Shown piece by piece: positions 26,750 to 41,291 of a DNA stretch of 64,000 nucleotides. Both the position numbers and the translations under genes were made by a program. Source of the stretch: Eledone cirrhosa (taxonomy: Eukaryota); NCBI GenBank assembly GCA_964016885.1, contig OZ024740.1, positions 367,846,001 to 367,910,000 on the forward strand, given 5' to 3'. Position 1 is the stretch's first letter; each line of letters begins with the position of its first letter. Below the pieces are notes generated by a model. The model was not told the origin of the DNA. It worked only from the letters and a program-made list of their open reading frames with translations, and did not search any database.

Positions 26750-26864
26750 GTGTATGTATGTATGTATGTATGTATGTATGTGTATGTATGTATGTATGTT
26801 TATGTATATGTATGTGTATGTGTGTATGTATGTGTGTGTATATGTATATATATGTGTATATGTA

Positions 26865-26915
<51 letters not shown>

Positions 26916-26965
26916 ATATATATATATATATGTGTATATATGTATATGTATGTATGTGTGTATAT

Positions 26966-27039
<74 letters not shown>

Positions 27040-27078
27040 ATGTGTGTGTGTGTATGTATGTATGTGTGTGCGTGTGTG

Positions 27079-27151
<73 letters not shown>

Positions 27152-27181
27152 ATATATATATGTATATGGTTGTGTGGGCAG

Positions 27182-27237
<56 letters not shown>

Positions 27238-27299
27238 ATTTGTATGTATATATGTATATATGTGTGTATGTGTGTGTGTGTATATGTATGTATATGTGT

Positions 27300-27361
<62 letters not shown>

Positions 27362-27412
27362 ATATATATATATGTATATGTATGTATGTGTATGTGTGTA
27401 TGTATGTGTGTG

Positions 27413-27483
<71 letters not shown>

Positions 27484-27486
27484 GTG

Positions 27487-27517
<31 letters not shown>

Positions 27518-27638
27518 ATGTGTGTATATATGTGTGTATATATATGTGTATTTGTATGTGTCTGTGTATGTGTATGTGTGTATGTATGTATATATATGTG
27601 TGTATGTGTGTGTGTATATATATATATGTATGTGTATG

Positions 27639-27689
<51 letters not shown>

Positions 27690-27734
27690 GTATGTGTGTA
27701 TATATATATGTATATATATATATATGTATATATA

Positions 27735-27765
<31 letters not shown>

Positions 27766-27984
27766 GTGCGTGAGAGAGAGAGAGTGTGTATATATATTTT
27801 GTGTGTGGGTGTGTGTATGTGTGTATGCGCGTGTGTGTGTATATAAATATGTGTATGTGTATATGTATATGTGTGTGTATATACGCGTTATATGTCTGTA
27901 TATTTATTTGTATATTTATGTATAGGTCTGTGTATGTATGTGTATGTTTGTATATGTATGGATATATATGTATGTATGTGTGTA

Positions 27985-28081
<97 letters not shown>

Positions 28082-28190
28082 ATAGATATTTATACATATG
28101 TATACTCGTGTTTGTATGTATGCGTGTGAGTGTATTTAATTGTGTATATATGTGTGTGTGTGTGTGTATGTATGTGTATGTGTGTGTGTA

Positions 28191-28263
<73 letters not shown>

Positions 28264-28270
28264 ATGTGTG

Positions 28271-28331
<61 letters not shown>

Positions 28332-28550
28332 GTATTGTATATGTATGTATGTATGTATGTGTGTATGTATGTGTGTGTACATGAATATATTTTTATATTT
28401 TTATATATATTTATATATTTTTATATATGTGTGTGTGTTTTTATGTGTGTATATGTGTTTGTGTGTGTGTTTATGGTTGCGCGTAAGTGTGTGAGTGAGT
28501 ATGTGTTTTTTTGTTTTTTTGTCTTCTTGTTTTTTTGTGAATGTGTCTGT
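26480..28550. repeat. compound (TA)/(TG)/(TATG) microsatellite, ~2 kb
   Basis: Directly visible, with strong T/G strand bias. Confidence 0.97.
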
Positions 28551-29003
28551 TGATTTTTGGCATATAGTTGATTAGTTTAAGAGAAGTTCGAAGATAATAG
28601 TAAGATATGCACTCAGTATTTTGAATATGTCTGCAGAATTCTCTAGACCTTTGTCACTTAGTAGAACCTTAATGACTTTAGCTTTTAAAGAATCTCCCTT
28701 TTCTTTAATTCTATCGACCATGACTGACCCCCCACTGACTTTATAGACATCTGTTAGCTTAAGAGAAACTTATTGACAAGGAATGGTATGCCATCCGGAA
28801 CCTGTTTATAGAATTCTGTCTGCCTTTGTTACTCTAAAAACATAAATAAATATAAATAAAAATAAAAATAAACTATAGCTTTGTAGAATTAGCTTTTAAT
28901 GAATTCCCTTTTCTATCAACCAATGACCTGCACCCATCCCACTCCCCACCCTCTCCTACCACTTGTAGAGACCTATAAATACCATATTTATTTTTTGATA
29001 CCC

Positions 29004-29054
29004 AGATTCCTGATGATTTCTAATGAATGAAACAGTTCTAGTACTGTAGAATCT
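29004..29054 (+). ncRNA. type I hammerhead ribozyme with full helix III
   Basis: AGATTC-CTGATGA-TTTC-TAAT-GAAT-GAAA-CAGT-TCTAGT-ACTG-TA-GAATCT, GUA site. Confidence 0.85.
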
Positions 29055-29136
29055 CATCTATATTAAAACTGTTATACTCTGCTATGTATTGAGTACCTTA
29101 CTTACTGTGGTTACCTCCGATTCAACCCGGAATAAC

Positions 29137-29187
<51 letters not shown>

Positions 29188-30549
29188 TGTATATACAAAG
29201 TCTATAATTCAGTCGATAGAAACTCAACATTCCTAAATATACAGCCACATATACAGCCACATGTACGCCGCATATCATTCCTCCTGCCATCTTACATTTC
29301 TTTTACTTCACAGAAATCTATAAACTGTTGCTGAAATATCAAAGAGACATATCTGAAGAGAAAAGAAGCTATGCAACTGAAATTGTCTAAAAGTTACAAT
29401 CTGAAGAGGAAATAAGCTGCAGAAAATCTCAATATATTGGTAATGATGCAAATATCTAAAATGTATCCGTGAAAGATTTGCTATACTTAAAATAACTGTA
29501 TCAAATCAACAAGCAGGTTGGCTATTACGTAGACAAATTCCAAGATACAAAAATATTCCCATTGGTGTCTTATACATTGTTCACATATGCATGTGAATGA
29601 ACCTAGATAGCTTCATGACTATTTGTGTAAAAGCAATTCCTGATTTTTTCCATAAGAATCACTCTCTAGTTTTTGTTTTCTTTCTCCAAACAATTAGAAA
29701 CATTTTGATTACGGGCTTCATTACATCACCCTTAAATTAATTATCGAGTCCAACTGAGGTACTGTTATTTTCAGATTTTACTTTTTAACAAACACTTTTT
29801 ATATTAATTAGAGTATTTTCTCTTTAATCTTTTACAATCAGTGTCGATTCCTGCCCCATGAGATCCCTGCCCCAAAGACTATAAAACAAAACTAAATACC
29901 GGAAGGAAGTTTACCAGCGCTTAACCAATTTTACTCTAATATTAACAACATTGAACTTATTATTAACAAAAGAACAAGAAATGTTTAAGTAATATTGTGT
30001 AAGAGGCTTGTGCCATTATGCATTACATTCGTTTTTTTTTTTGAATTTTTTTGTTTCTTCAAATATATTTAACTTAGACGTGATCTAACAAAAATACATA
30101 TCAAAGTGCAATTGTTTTCCATACATATATACCCGTTAGATGCAGCACGGATTCTATGTATTAACTTCATTTAATAACGAAATATTAGCCTTCGTTAACG
30201 GAATTGTGTGCAGCAATCAAATAATAACATTTGTAGAAAAACTTTCATGACAAACATAATACTATAATAACTATATTATAAAATTGACAATAAAAATCGA
30301 ATTACTCAGAAATTAATAATTAGTAAGACGAGCAATTTATTATAGTATTCAATAATAATTGCAACAAGTAAATTGAGTTTCTTACACCATAATTCACTGT
30401 CTCATCTCTTCTGAATTCCAACCTTCTTTCCTTCTCTCTCACCCACACACAAGTACATATGTATACAAACATACACACGTACGAACTCGCATATATACAC
30501 ACACACGCACACATATGTGTATATATATATATATATAAACATTTGTAAT

Positions 30550-30913
30550 CATCAACGTTTTTGACTATGAAAAATAGTATAAGTTGGATATATAATCCAT
30601 AGAGACGGAGAAATCTTTCGCAACGCCACCCGTGGGTTTTGAACTCGCACCTTCCATATACCTGCTGACATCATTTTTCCGTTATATGAAATCATATCAA
30701 AATATAACCTACTACTGCGTGGTTTATAAAGTTACATACAACGGAAAGAATTTGATTTGTCAGCTTGCGCTGTAGTTTAATCGCTAGAATGGAGGGACGG
30801 TATATTGCAGACGTGGTTTTGAGCTCCAGGTACCATGCCCTACAAATGTATATGTCTTCTGGGTATATATCCAATTTATTAGACTCGTTTTCATAGTTTC
30901 AAAACGTTGATGT
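30550..30913. mobile_element. inverted-repeat element with tRNA-like internal segments
   Basis: Imperfect ~60 bp terminal IR (CATCAACGTTTT..ACTATGAAAA..TTGGATATATA). B-box-like GAGTTCAAAACC on minus and A-box-like TAGTTTAATCGCTAGAAT on plus. Confidence 0.55.
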
Positions 30914-31019
30914 TTCTAACTTACAGAATCAAACGCTCAAACATTCAACGCACACACACGCACACACAAGCACACACATACACACACACAACACACACAT
31001 ATGACAACACCTGTTAAAC

Positions 31020-32505
31020 TGGCTATCATGGACGCAACCAAATTGGTTCAACTTTAACGCTATCCCCAGGTTCAAACTGATATCATCCATACAACTGACC
31101 TATGATATATACCATACAGTATCAACAGGAAAAAACAACAACACATCTTTACAAACTATACCCCAACCGCACTCTCATGCATGACAATAACCACACTTAC
31201 ACGAATTACTGATACAGAGGTAACTGACATCATCAGTATGCATTCATCGGATTATGTCGGCTCCACAACTCCATTAAGTAATACGTATTGAATAGGCACA
31301 GAATCATACTAACCACAAATTAACAAACAAATAGCGTCAAATTTCCAGATGTCCACTTAGATCTACCGCACACATATACAATATAAACTAAATGAAAGTT
31401 ATAGATAAATTCATACGAATTCCTACCACCTGCCTACATTCCTAAGAATCTAGTTAATAACATTAGTAAAGGATCTGTAAAATTGTATCCAACTAGACAA
31501 TATTTGATACAGCAGCTCCCATTAGAATCCCCAGCAGTGTCAAATCCTACTCCAATGATCAATACCGTCGAACCACCAATAGGAAATATAATAAGTGGAA
31601 TATATGTATGTTATACATATCTTCTCTCTTATTGTTAAGACTAATGTAGGAAAAACATAGTTAGCCCGCATAGATGACATGTTTCCACACCCCATAAGTA
31701 TAGACACATATTCAACCGACATGCGGTGAAAACATGCTGTGCAAGATGTATGATATACCAAATCACCGGTAAATTCAGGAGCTCTACCACGACAGGTTGT
31801 TCATGCAGAACATCAGTCACATGCTTCCACGGTCAGGAATACAGCATATCTACCGGAGTTTATGAAACAGAAGTCAACTCGCCTCAAACGAACCAATAGC
31901 AGAATATCAGGACATATGTGGGAATGTAAGAAGGTTGGTTTAAATAAGGTATCCTTGCCAATAAAATGAGCTACATGGACCTAAAAATGATCTACCACGA
32001 AACTTGCAACCCTCTTGTGTACACTGATTGTAGAGACAAACATATGTTCATTGCAGAGAATGAAGTCATTGAATTAGTGTACTGATGATAGATTGAACAC
32101 TCTAAATAAACTACATGACTCCAAGAATAATAGTTTGAATTGAAGAGTATATTTCTTTACTTGTACTGGTCCAAATATATCCTACATAAACTGCAAACAT
32201 GCGGAATAATGGCTCTCCTCTATTTTTTAGGAATCCAACTGTACAGTATTACATCGTTTATGTATATTTATATTTGTATATGTATATACCTTCACAAACA
32301 CACACACGCACACACATGCATATAATTAAATACATGCATATGCATGCAGATACATACACACTCACACATACATACATATATATATATATATGAATGTATA
32401 TATATATATATATATTGCATACAGAATTTCTATGTTAAACGATTATACTCTGCTATGTATTGAGTACCTTACCTACTGTGGTTACCCCCGATTGAACATG
32501 GGATA
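31020..32505 (+). mobile_element. heavily decayed Hydra-like PLE
   Basis: Remnants NFPDVHLDL, KLNES, IHTNSYH, KNLVNNIS and ISGHMWECK align to the 24882-26303 protein. The 3' tail TTATACTCTGCTATGTATTGAGTACCTTAC matches 29072-29101. Confidence 0.7.
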
Positions 32506-32561
32506 TATATATATGTGTATGTATGTATGTGTGTGTGTGCGTTAATGCGTGTGTATGTGTG

Positions 32562-32645
<84 letters not shown>

Positions 32646-33048
32646 TATGCATATATGTGTGCATATATGTGTGCATATATGTGTGCTTGCATATATGAGT
32701 GCTTGTGGTGCGATGACCGAAGAGACCACCAATCAGATTAGTACTCGGCTGATTTTCAACCTGGAAGCGTGTATCACTCCGCCGTGTCAGGTTGCTATTT
32801 AACAATACAAGGAGATCTGAATGCTGTAATTTCCCGAAACGGTTATAGGTTTCGATACAAGACTTTTACATATTAATATATAATTAATATAACGCAACGA
32901 TTAATTATTACAACGTAGCGGAGGCATAATTTCACAGCCAAACTTAACCCATTCGGCTATGAATCTTCCTAATTATTTATTCTTAAGCCCCACAGTATTA
33001 TTACTTTCATAACTATTGTGAGGTCGCCAATTTTGGAGTACATTATTC

Positions 33049-33183
33049 AGATACATGCTAATTAATATGTTAGCATGTATTGCTCATAATTCTCTTTCGT
33101 GTAGTCATTAAATTCAGAGGTTAATGATTACACGAATCAGAAATATGAGCAATACTTGCTAAGATATTAATTAGAATGTATCT
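33049..33183. repeat. ~135-bp imperfect palindrome (MITE-like foldback)
   Basis: AGATACATGCTAATTAATAT...TTCGTGTAGTCATTAA pairs with TTAATGATTACACGAA...ATATTAATTAGAATGTATCT. Confidence 0.75.
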
Positions 33184-35232
33184 CAGTTTTCTATAATAAA
33201 GCGCCGAGGAAATAAATTTATACAAGAATGTAGTATGCTCAGGCACGGAAGATATCTGCAATTACAATCACTTGCTGTGAAATAAATTATAAAACTCGGG
33301 TAATGTGCTTTAGAGACGGAGGTAGTATTTCAACGGCCACTACGAAAATTGAATTCCGACTCACACAGTCTTACACAAAACGTTTGTTTACATTTTCAAA
33401 AGCAGCTTGATTCAGCTCCCTAACGTAGACGGTAGGTGGTTGCCAATAGTCCCTATCTCAAAGGTTCCAGGACCTAGCTGGTATCTGGGTGATACGAAGC
33501 TCGATGCTTCCTAGCGTCTACTGTAATATTTTTCCATCGAAATTACGACGAAGAAAAAAGAAACGATGAAGAAAAAAATATATTTCGACTATTTTTTCTC
33601 TTTACATTTATAATAGATTGCTCTGATTATTATTATTATATCATTTATTATTTCAGGCATTGAGCAAAACTGGTTGAAATGGGACACAACACAGCCATTT
33701 ATGCTTATGTATCTGTGGTATATTTTGTTTATTTTTTCTCTTTACATTTATAATTTCTTGTTTATATATAAATATATATATAGAGAGAGCAAAGATAAAT
33801 ATATATATATATATATATATGCGTGTACATACAGAACCCAAATGTATGTAGAGGATGATATATGATAGTATATGATTGGTAAGTAACTTTTCGTATTAAT
33901 GTTTAGTCTCTCGCTATGCCAATGTGCAGAGCTGAGATGTCCCCATCATATGTAAGGTGAGTATTGAATTTTGAATTTATTCTGCTTCAATTCAATAGGA
34001 TTTATTAATGCTCTACAGATGGACAAGTGCAAATAACTACATATCGTGTTCTATGTATCGATCTTGATTATACGAATTTTCAGCTAACATTTTGGAATAA
34101 TTTGATATCCAACTCACTTGAAAGATATGTAAGTTATTAAAAATGAATTAAAAACTAATTTTCCATCTTTTTATTTGATTATATATATATATATCGTTGC
34201 AATAGCTTGGTAACGATAACAAAGATAGGGAGCAAATTTTAATATAATTATGAAGGCCAGTTGCTTCCAGGAATGTGTTTCAATGTCTTTGTGGGGCCAA
34301 TTTATTCAGCTTCTGCCGATATAATTAAACCGGAAATTGCTTAGTTAAATGTAAGGATATGATTAAAATTGGATATTCCTGTGACAGAAACATAAAGTTA
34401 CACCTCCTGCATAAACAATAGAACACGGGCGCATACGGATGCTCTTGTAAAAAATAGAATCATGTCTGGTGAATGACCAATGAAACACTCCAGCACACAT
34501 GAGGTTTTTTCATTGAGTCAAACCCACAAAACGGTTTCCTGGCCATACGTATGTATATCAAAGAGTCAGTTTGAAAACTACCTCCGAAATTACGTAACAA
34601 ACTACAGATACACAATAAAAGGATTAATATTAATTTGGTGAATACGATATTGCAACTCGAAGACAAGAGCATAGATTTCTTCATAAATGTAAGATCTTGG
34701 AACCGTTACGACTATACATAAAGTTCAATACCGGCAGATTATGCAATGAGGGGAAATGGCAGATATTGCATACACTCCACGACCGCAACAGGCAGTTGAA
34801 CACAATGTTAGAGTCCTTCTCGCGGTGACTTCAAGTAGCGGAGCACGTTTTTAAGAGGTGACATCCTTAATAGCCTATTTTCTTTCAAGAAAATTTTTTT
34901 ATAATTAAGTGTTGCTCCCCTTTAATTGATCCACATTTTTTTAAGTTGTCTCCCTTGGCCTAAAACCCTCTTCCTATACCTATCCAATTTTGACCCCCCA
35001 TCATCTACCTCCCCCTTTGATAACTCGACTTCCTCCCTTCTGTTAACTAAGCAATTTCCGGTTCAATTCCATCGAAAAAGGCTGAATAAGTTGGTCCGTG
35101 CATTTTTGGTATGGTGCCATTGTCGGTACTTGCCTTAATAGTTATACACACAGACGCACACACACACACACACACATACACACACCCACACACACACATA
35201 TATATATATACACACATACGCGCGCGCACATG

Positions 35233-35293
<61 letters not shown>

Positions 35294-36697
35294 TTGTAGT
35301 TGAATGTAAGTTAATTCACATTGAAGATTAAATCATTCGAGCACAATGTAAATTCAAACTAACCTACTTTTAGAAATTGCGCTTCCCAAGTTTGAGACAA
35401 AATCATTAGTATATTCACCAACCTCACTTGTTTAGTTATTGTCGTCTAATCGGTAGATACAATAAATTCTTTCTGAATTTACCTCGACCTTTGTCCAAAC
35501 AGATATTCTTGTCTATGCACACAAATACTCAATCTAATATAAAAGATCAATAATGTACTTACATTGGTTTTGCAAAGAGGTTTATTGTCGCTATATCTAA
35601 CCTTTAGTATATAACATACGATTTTTATTTCTTTTTTAAGTAAAGGCCCACAATTCTAAATTGAATCATCGAAGTCATTGGAATTTATTGTCTGAACTTC
35701 GGTGAACCATATGGATTAATGTATATCGGTAGCTGAGGAATGTTCGTGTAAACTACGTCTATTCAGGTACCTGAATTTGCCTTTATGAATTTCCGAATTA
35801 GGATATTTTTCTTTTTTCATGGATTAGCGATGTAATTAGATTATGATTCAGTAATATAGTATTACAAAAATATAACGAGAAAATATTTTTGCAAATCATT
35901 TCTACTAAATTTTTGTCTCTATTGTGATTTCACAAATAGTCAATGGTAATTGAGGAAATGCAATTTATAAAATGTAGGAAAATTTCATTACAGGGGCAAT
36001 AAGAACTATTGGCTTAGTGAGAAATCTACAGAATGTATGTTTTAAGTTATGGGCTGTAATATATTCTTTTGTAATCTATACAATACGTGGGCAACTTTTC
36101 TGGTATATTATATTTAATGCATTTCAGGTAACTAAAAACTTTACAGATATGTTTTCGTGAAAAGTGTGTATACACAGAGCAGCGTTTCGTTAAATATAGA
36201 GAAACACTGAAGAACAGTAATATGCAATTTTCACACAAACCTCTAAAGGCAAATCTCTAATTGCAAACATATCTAAAACCTGAATAGTTACACAAGAGAA
36301 ATATATGCAATACCATTTCGTTCAATAAATTTGACGCTCAAAATAAAAATATTGACGCGAGGGAGGAATATCCTGTTTTGTTTATTTTTTACTAAAAATA
36401 TTTGGTGTTCAAAATAGTGTTAATCAATTAGACTAGACCGAAATATATTGCCTGGTAAATTTCGTAATTTAAGGGCAAAAATATATTAAAAAATCAAGTG
36501 AGAAAGTTTCGATCGGGTTATTTCAAGAGATTTTTATGAGCTGACATGTGAATAAACTAAGTCTAAATTTTCGAAAGGCCTCAGTATCTAATTCTTTCTA
36601 AAAAAAAAAAAAAAAAAAAAAAATGCAATGAGTTGTTGAGGAGGGGGAATAATATGAATATTTGTTTATCTAATATATTCCGACATTAATTAATAAT

Positions 36698-36900
36698 TTC
36701 TAGTATAGGCACAAGGCCAGTAATTTGGGGGAGAGGGGACAGTCCATTAAACCGCAACCAGTACGTTACTGGTGCTTTATTTTGTGGACCCCGTAAGGAT
36801 GAAAGGCAAAGTTAACATCGGCGGGATTTGAACTCAGACCGTAATCCTATGCTGCAAACATGGTGTCCGACTCCACCGATACTTCCAATCCACCGACCTC
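36698..36900 (-). mobile_element. tRNA-derived SINE (octopus OR-type)
   Basis: Reverse complement of 60926-61110: GGCACAAGGCC...GACCCCGTAAGGATGAAAGGCAAAGTT...GATTTGAACTCAG. Confidence 0.8.
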
Positions 36901-38286
36901 GTTTTGGTGGAAATACTGCAGCCACAACCACCACCATTACTACTACAACCACCACCACCATCACCCCCACCACTACAATCAACACCAACATTGCTAATAC
37001 TATTACTACTGGATTACACATTTTATGTCTTGCGATGTTGAATACAGATTACATAGATTTTTCGTATCGTTACCAGAATCCTATCCATTGAAATAATTTG
37101 GGCCTGCTCACCAGACTCGGGATGCTCCTTCGTTGATAATGTTGCTTTCAGTTTCAACATCAGTTGTGATTTTATTGCATCCCAACTGTTTGCAGATATC
37201 CTACATTGTGAGTTAAAATCCATTTTGTCGGTTTTGTTATCTACGTATATATAAACTTTCAATTTAAATTTAAGAAATTCTCAGAAATATTTGTTTAAGG
37301 CGGAAAGTCACGGAAATCAAGAATACAAAAGATGTTTTTGTTTCATAAAAAAAAATTGTAGGATTAACACAAATTCAATTGCCGTGAAGCAAATTATATT
37401 TGTATTGGCTAAAATTGTGTCACTGTGCTTATCATATGAACCTCTAGTTAAATTAATAACTAATTTTAAATAAATTAGTAAACGATTGTAAATAAAAGAA
37501 TATTCCGCATAAAATACATCGTAGCATCAGACCAAATTACGGGGAGCTTATACCTATTATGTTAAAATGCAGTATTACAGGCGTAAACACTACGACTGTT
37601 AGTGTCTTTCTGTTTGCACATTTAATCATGGGCAATTATTACAGTGTAAATTTCTTGTCCCATAATTGTCTTTGAGATATATATTCTAATTACAATATAC
37701 ACGCCTACTTTCTTTTCCAAAGTTATTTTGAGAATTATAATTATATCCATACTGATATATTTACAAATTGGCGTTCCAAAAATATAATAGAGCATTTTTT
37801 GCATTATCAGAAAGTACATTAATCTATCGTTACATTGGATCGCAGTAAATAAGATTTACAAATGCACTTATGGAAAACGCTTTTATGCGAATGTGATAGG
37901 GGAAGAGAAACAGTAAAATAAAGTTTATTACCTCACATTTCATAATTGGTCAACCAAATATATATAAATATCAATATTCAGAGTATATCTTTCTAATTTG
38001 GTAACATAATGGTTTATATATTCTGCGACAATATGTTTCTAATCGGAAACCTCTTGCAATAACAGTCACTGATCAGTATACACGTAGCCAATGAAATGAG
38101 AACCAGAATATTTTTGTCTTTCTGATTATTCCGCATACTTCACGTCCTAATTTCTTTGTTTCAACAAACTATGTTGATAACTATAGTTTTATATATAATT
38201 GTGTGATATGCTAAAATGTGTGCAATCGTCATTAACATGACATAATCATAAGTGTTGACTAATTTTGTAAGACTGTGTAGCACATT

Positions 38287-38324
<38 letters not shown>

Positions 38325-40578
38325 CATCATCATCATCATTATCATCATCATCAACACAACAGCAATAACATTGTTGACGAAGTTACTATGACTGACTAGT
38401 TCTTCATCAACAACAGTAACATTTGTAACAACTGAATAATAAAATGAACTCTATAGATAATGAAGGCAACCAAAGGGTATGGTCCGAACGTGGAAGAGCC
38501 GAACTCCCACTGTCATCCCCTCCATCTCTGTCACGCTCTCCATCTCTCTGTATGGTGAGCAAATGGGATTCCACGTGCTGGCCTCCCCACATCCCCGGCG
38601 GACAGAATGGAGGAGGCGTTTCCCCAGAGGATGGTAAGGGAGATGGGCTGGAAGAGCCATTCCAACTCTCGAGGCCGACACTTGCGGCTGGCCCACTCTG
38701 CACCTATGGTGGTCAGTACGGAGGTAGTCCTAGGGCCAAGGAAACCAGAAGTCTCCACTGCCAAGGGCACGATCGCGAACCTATCATAGAGTGACCGGTA
38801 TTTGGAGAGTTTGGCCTCCTCAGCCCGATGTGCAGCAGAACATGGGTTAGTCGCAGACTGCACCAGGCTGCGGCTGGAGAAAGGATCGCTGCAAGTGGCA
38901 TCCCAGACGAGGGGTTTGCCACCGGGGAACAGGAAGTCATACTGTCTGGCTTTTGCCGCCCAATCGGTCCAGCCCCACCGGCTCGAGGTGGGTGTGGGGA
39001 TGGGGAGGATTGGAGCCTGCAGCAGCATCCAAGCCATGCTTTATGACCACGTTGAGGGCAGCATGGCGTGGAAGGCTGCCGGCACTGTGGCGACAGGAAA
39101 GCGGGTGGAGTCCGGAGGAGTCCACGGTGGATCCACAGCGACATTTATGTGGCTCGCAGATGCGGAGATCAAGCGTAAGGGAAACGCCGACGCACAGACT
39201 ATTGTTATCTAGCTGCATTCCAGTGGAGAAGGAGGGCAAGGTATGGAGCCAGGCACCTCTGTGGGGTTTGAAGGCCACGCAAAAACACACAAGGCGGTGC
39301 TGGTTGAATTGGCCCGTGAGCCTGTCTAGATAGCATCCCAAATACTTTGGGGGGACTTAACCTCAGCAGGGGGAGTAGGAGGAGTGACGTCTAGTGGGTT
39401 AAGTCCCATCTGGCCCGACGTCTCACAGGCGGCCTCACGTTTCACGATCACAGATGATTACATTGCGGTTTGGAGAACCCTGCAGACGAAAACGTTGCAT
39501 GATGTTACCGATGAAAGAAACGCCGGCACAGCAGCGAGATCGGGGACCGGAGGCCAAGGTAACCATATGTAACAGGTAAAGTAGCATGTTGACATCCACT
39601 GTCGGTAAACCTGACGTTGCATATTTCCTAGGCTGCCGCTCGGATACACGTATCGAGGTACGTGAGGAGAGATGCGTGCCTGTAGCACGGAGCGCTGCGA
39701 AGTGTATAGAAGAGCTTCGGCATGGCGAAGCAGTTCCTCAACAGGAATAGTGCTGGATGGCTGTCAATCAAGCCTAGTCTGCTCGTGAGGGTCTCGAGTT
39801 GCTGCAGCTTGGACCTGATGTTGGTGCGGATGGCCGGGGGGAGTATCGATGACCCGAGGATGAGGACATCCTCTTTAGTGGTCACCTGTACCTGGTGGAG
39901 AAGGGACCGCAAGTCCGAGACGGAGGCTGCAAATCTCTCAGCATCGAGGTTGATACTCACCACCTCCGACTTGGACGAGTTGACCTGGAGGCCAGTCCAC
40001 GCCATGGCAGGAACCACCGATTGTAGATCATGGAATAAAGTCTCTACGGCCCCGCCCAACGTAGCATCATCCAGATACCAAACGCTGAGAAATGCCGTGA
40101 TACTCTGGGCTGTGTGGTCTACGCTAAGAGCAAACTGGAGCGGGCCCAAAAGGTCACTGGATGCTAGTTACGGTGGGCAGCTGTTGAAGAACTGCTGGTT
40201 GCGTGAGCGGCCCCTTCACAGTTACCGGACACGCCGACGCCCAGTTGCACCGGACTGAGCTCCTCACATATTCTCATGTCAAATTTAAAAGTCAGCAGCA
40301 AGGACCATGCCCGAGGCTCCATATGACAGTTATCCACGGGTAGGCAGATGGGGCTCGGCTAAGGCAGGGATCGTGCAGATGGTCCCGGCGTATGTAGTAA
40401 AGGCATTCCTCATGTCAAGCTCGACAATGGGCGCCTGGAGTCACTGGATGCCAGTTCCGGTGGGCAGCTGTTGAAGAACTGCCTAGTTGCGTGAGCGGCC
40501 CCTTCACAGTCACCGGATACGCCGACGCCCAGTTGCACCCAACTGAGCTCCTCACATATTTTCATGTCAACTTTAAAA
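38287..40578 (-). mobile_element. CRE-like non-LTR retrotransposon, 5'-truncated and frameshifted, with (GAT)n tail
   Basis: QLGVG..CEGAAHA, LDMRNAF, GPLQFAL, WYLDD, CRC..HPLSC..RH zinc knuckle, and the RLE motif LVWDATCSD..AEEAKLSKY..PLAVET. (CAT)n at 38287-38352. Confidence 0.88.
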
Positions 40579-41243
40579 ATGTCCCATGTAATGTAAGATT
40601 TCAGCTTATGCTAGGGTGAGACAATATATATGTAAATTCGGAACAAATAATTATAAGGTCAGCCATGCTGGACTAATACTTTATTTTATCGAACATGAAA
40701 CAAGGAAAGGTAAATTCACTCTCGATTGGATTTGAAATACGAACGTAAGATGACTTAACGAACGGAATATTGATTTATAACAAATCTTTCTCCGTCCGGT
40801 GACTGTAATCGATGACATCAAAGCGAAAATAACAAGCAAAATATTAACAAAGGAAACGTATAAATTAACCTTAATGAATACCACAAAAAATTATATCGTA
40901 AACTTCATCTCAAAGTTAATTGAACAGATGGTAGTCGATTTGTTACGAAAGGTCATCAAGTTTTTCAATATGTCTTATTTTTATTTTTATTTTTTTTTAA
41001 GATTGCAATGTATATGATTCTTGCTGTGTACGTCTCTCCCAGGTTCGTTTCACAATGAGGTTCATATGTGGGTTGCAGCTTGTTCAATAATTACTCCACT
41101 TGACTTACGACAATTTGACCAGGTAGATATCTCGCAATAGTTGTTCATTGTAAGGGCCATTGTACTTTAGTCATTCATGTTTTAATTGGATTTATTTCAA
41201 ATCTATACAACCCTGAAATACACACACGCACACACACACACAT

Positions 41244-41291
<48 letters not shown>

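Larger units (their letters stand above)
24882..29138 (+). mobile_element. Hydra-like PLE: ORF, microsatellite-expanded 3' region, HHR and tail
   Basis: ORF, then a ~2 kb microsatellite, then an HHR at 29004-29054 and the tail GTATTGAGTAC...GGAATAACG ending in (TA)n. The same tail follows the decayed copy near 32445-32505. Confidence 0.7.

Noticed and set aside
34430-34960. Possible hAT transposase C-terminal remnant (VLLAVTSSSG)
   Set aside because: One weak motif only and no TIRs that I could verify.
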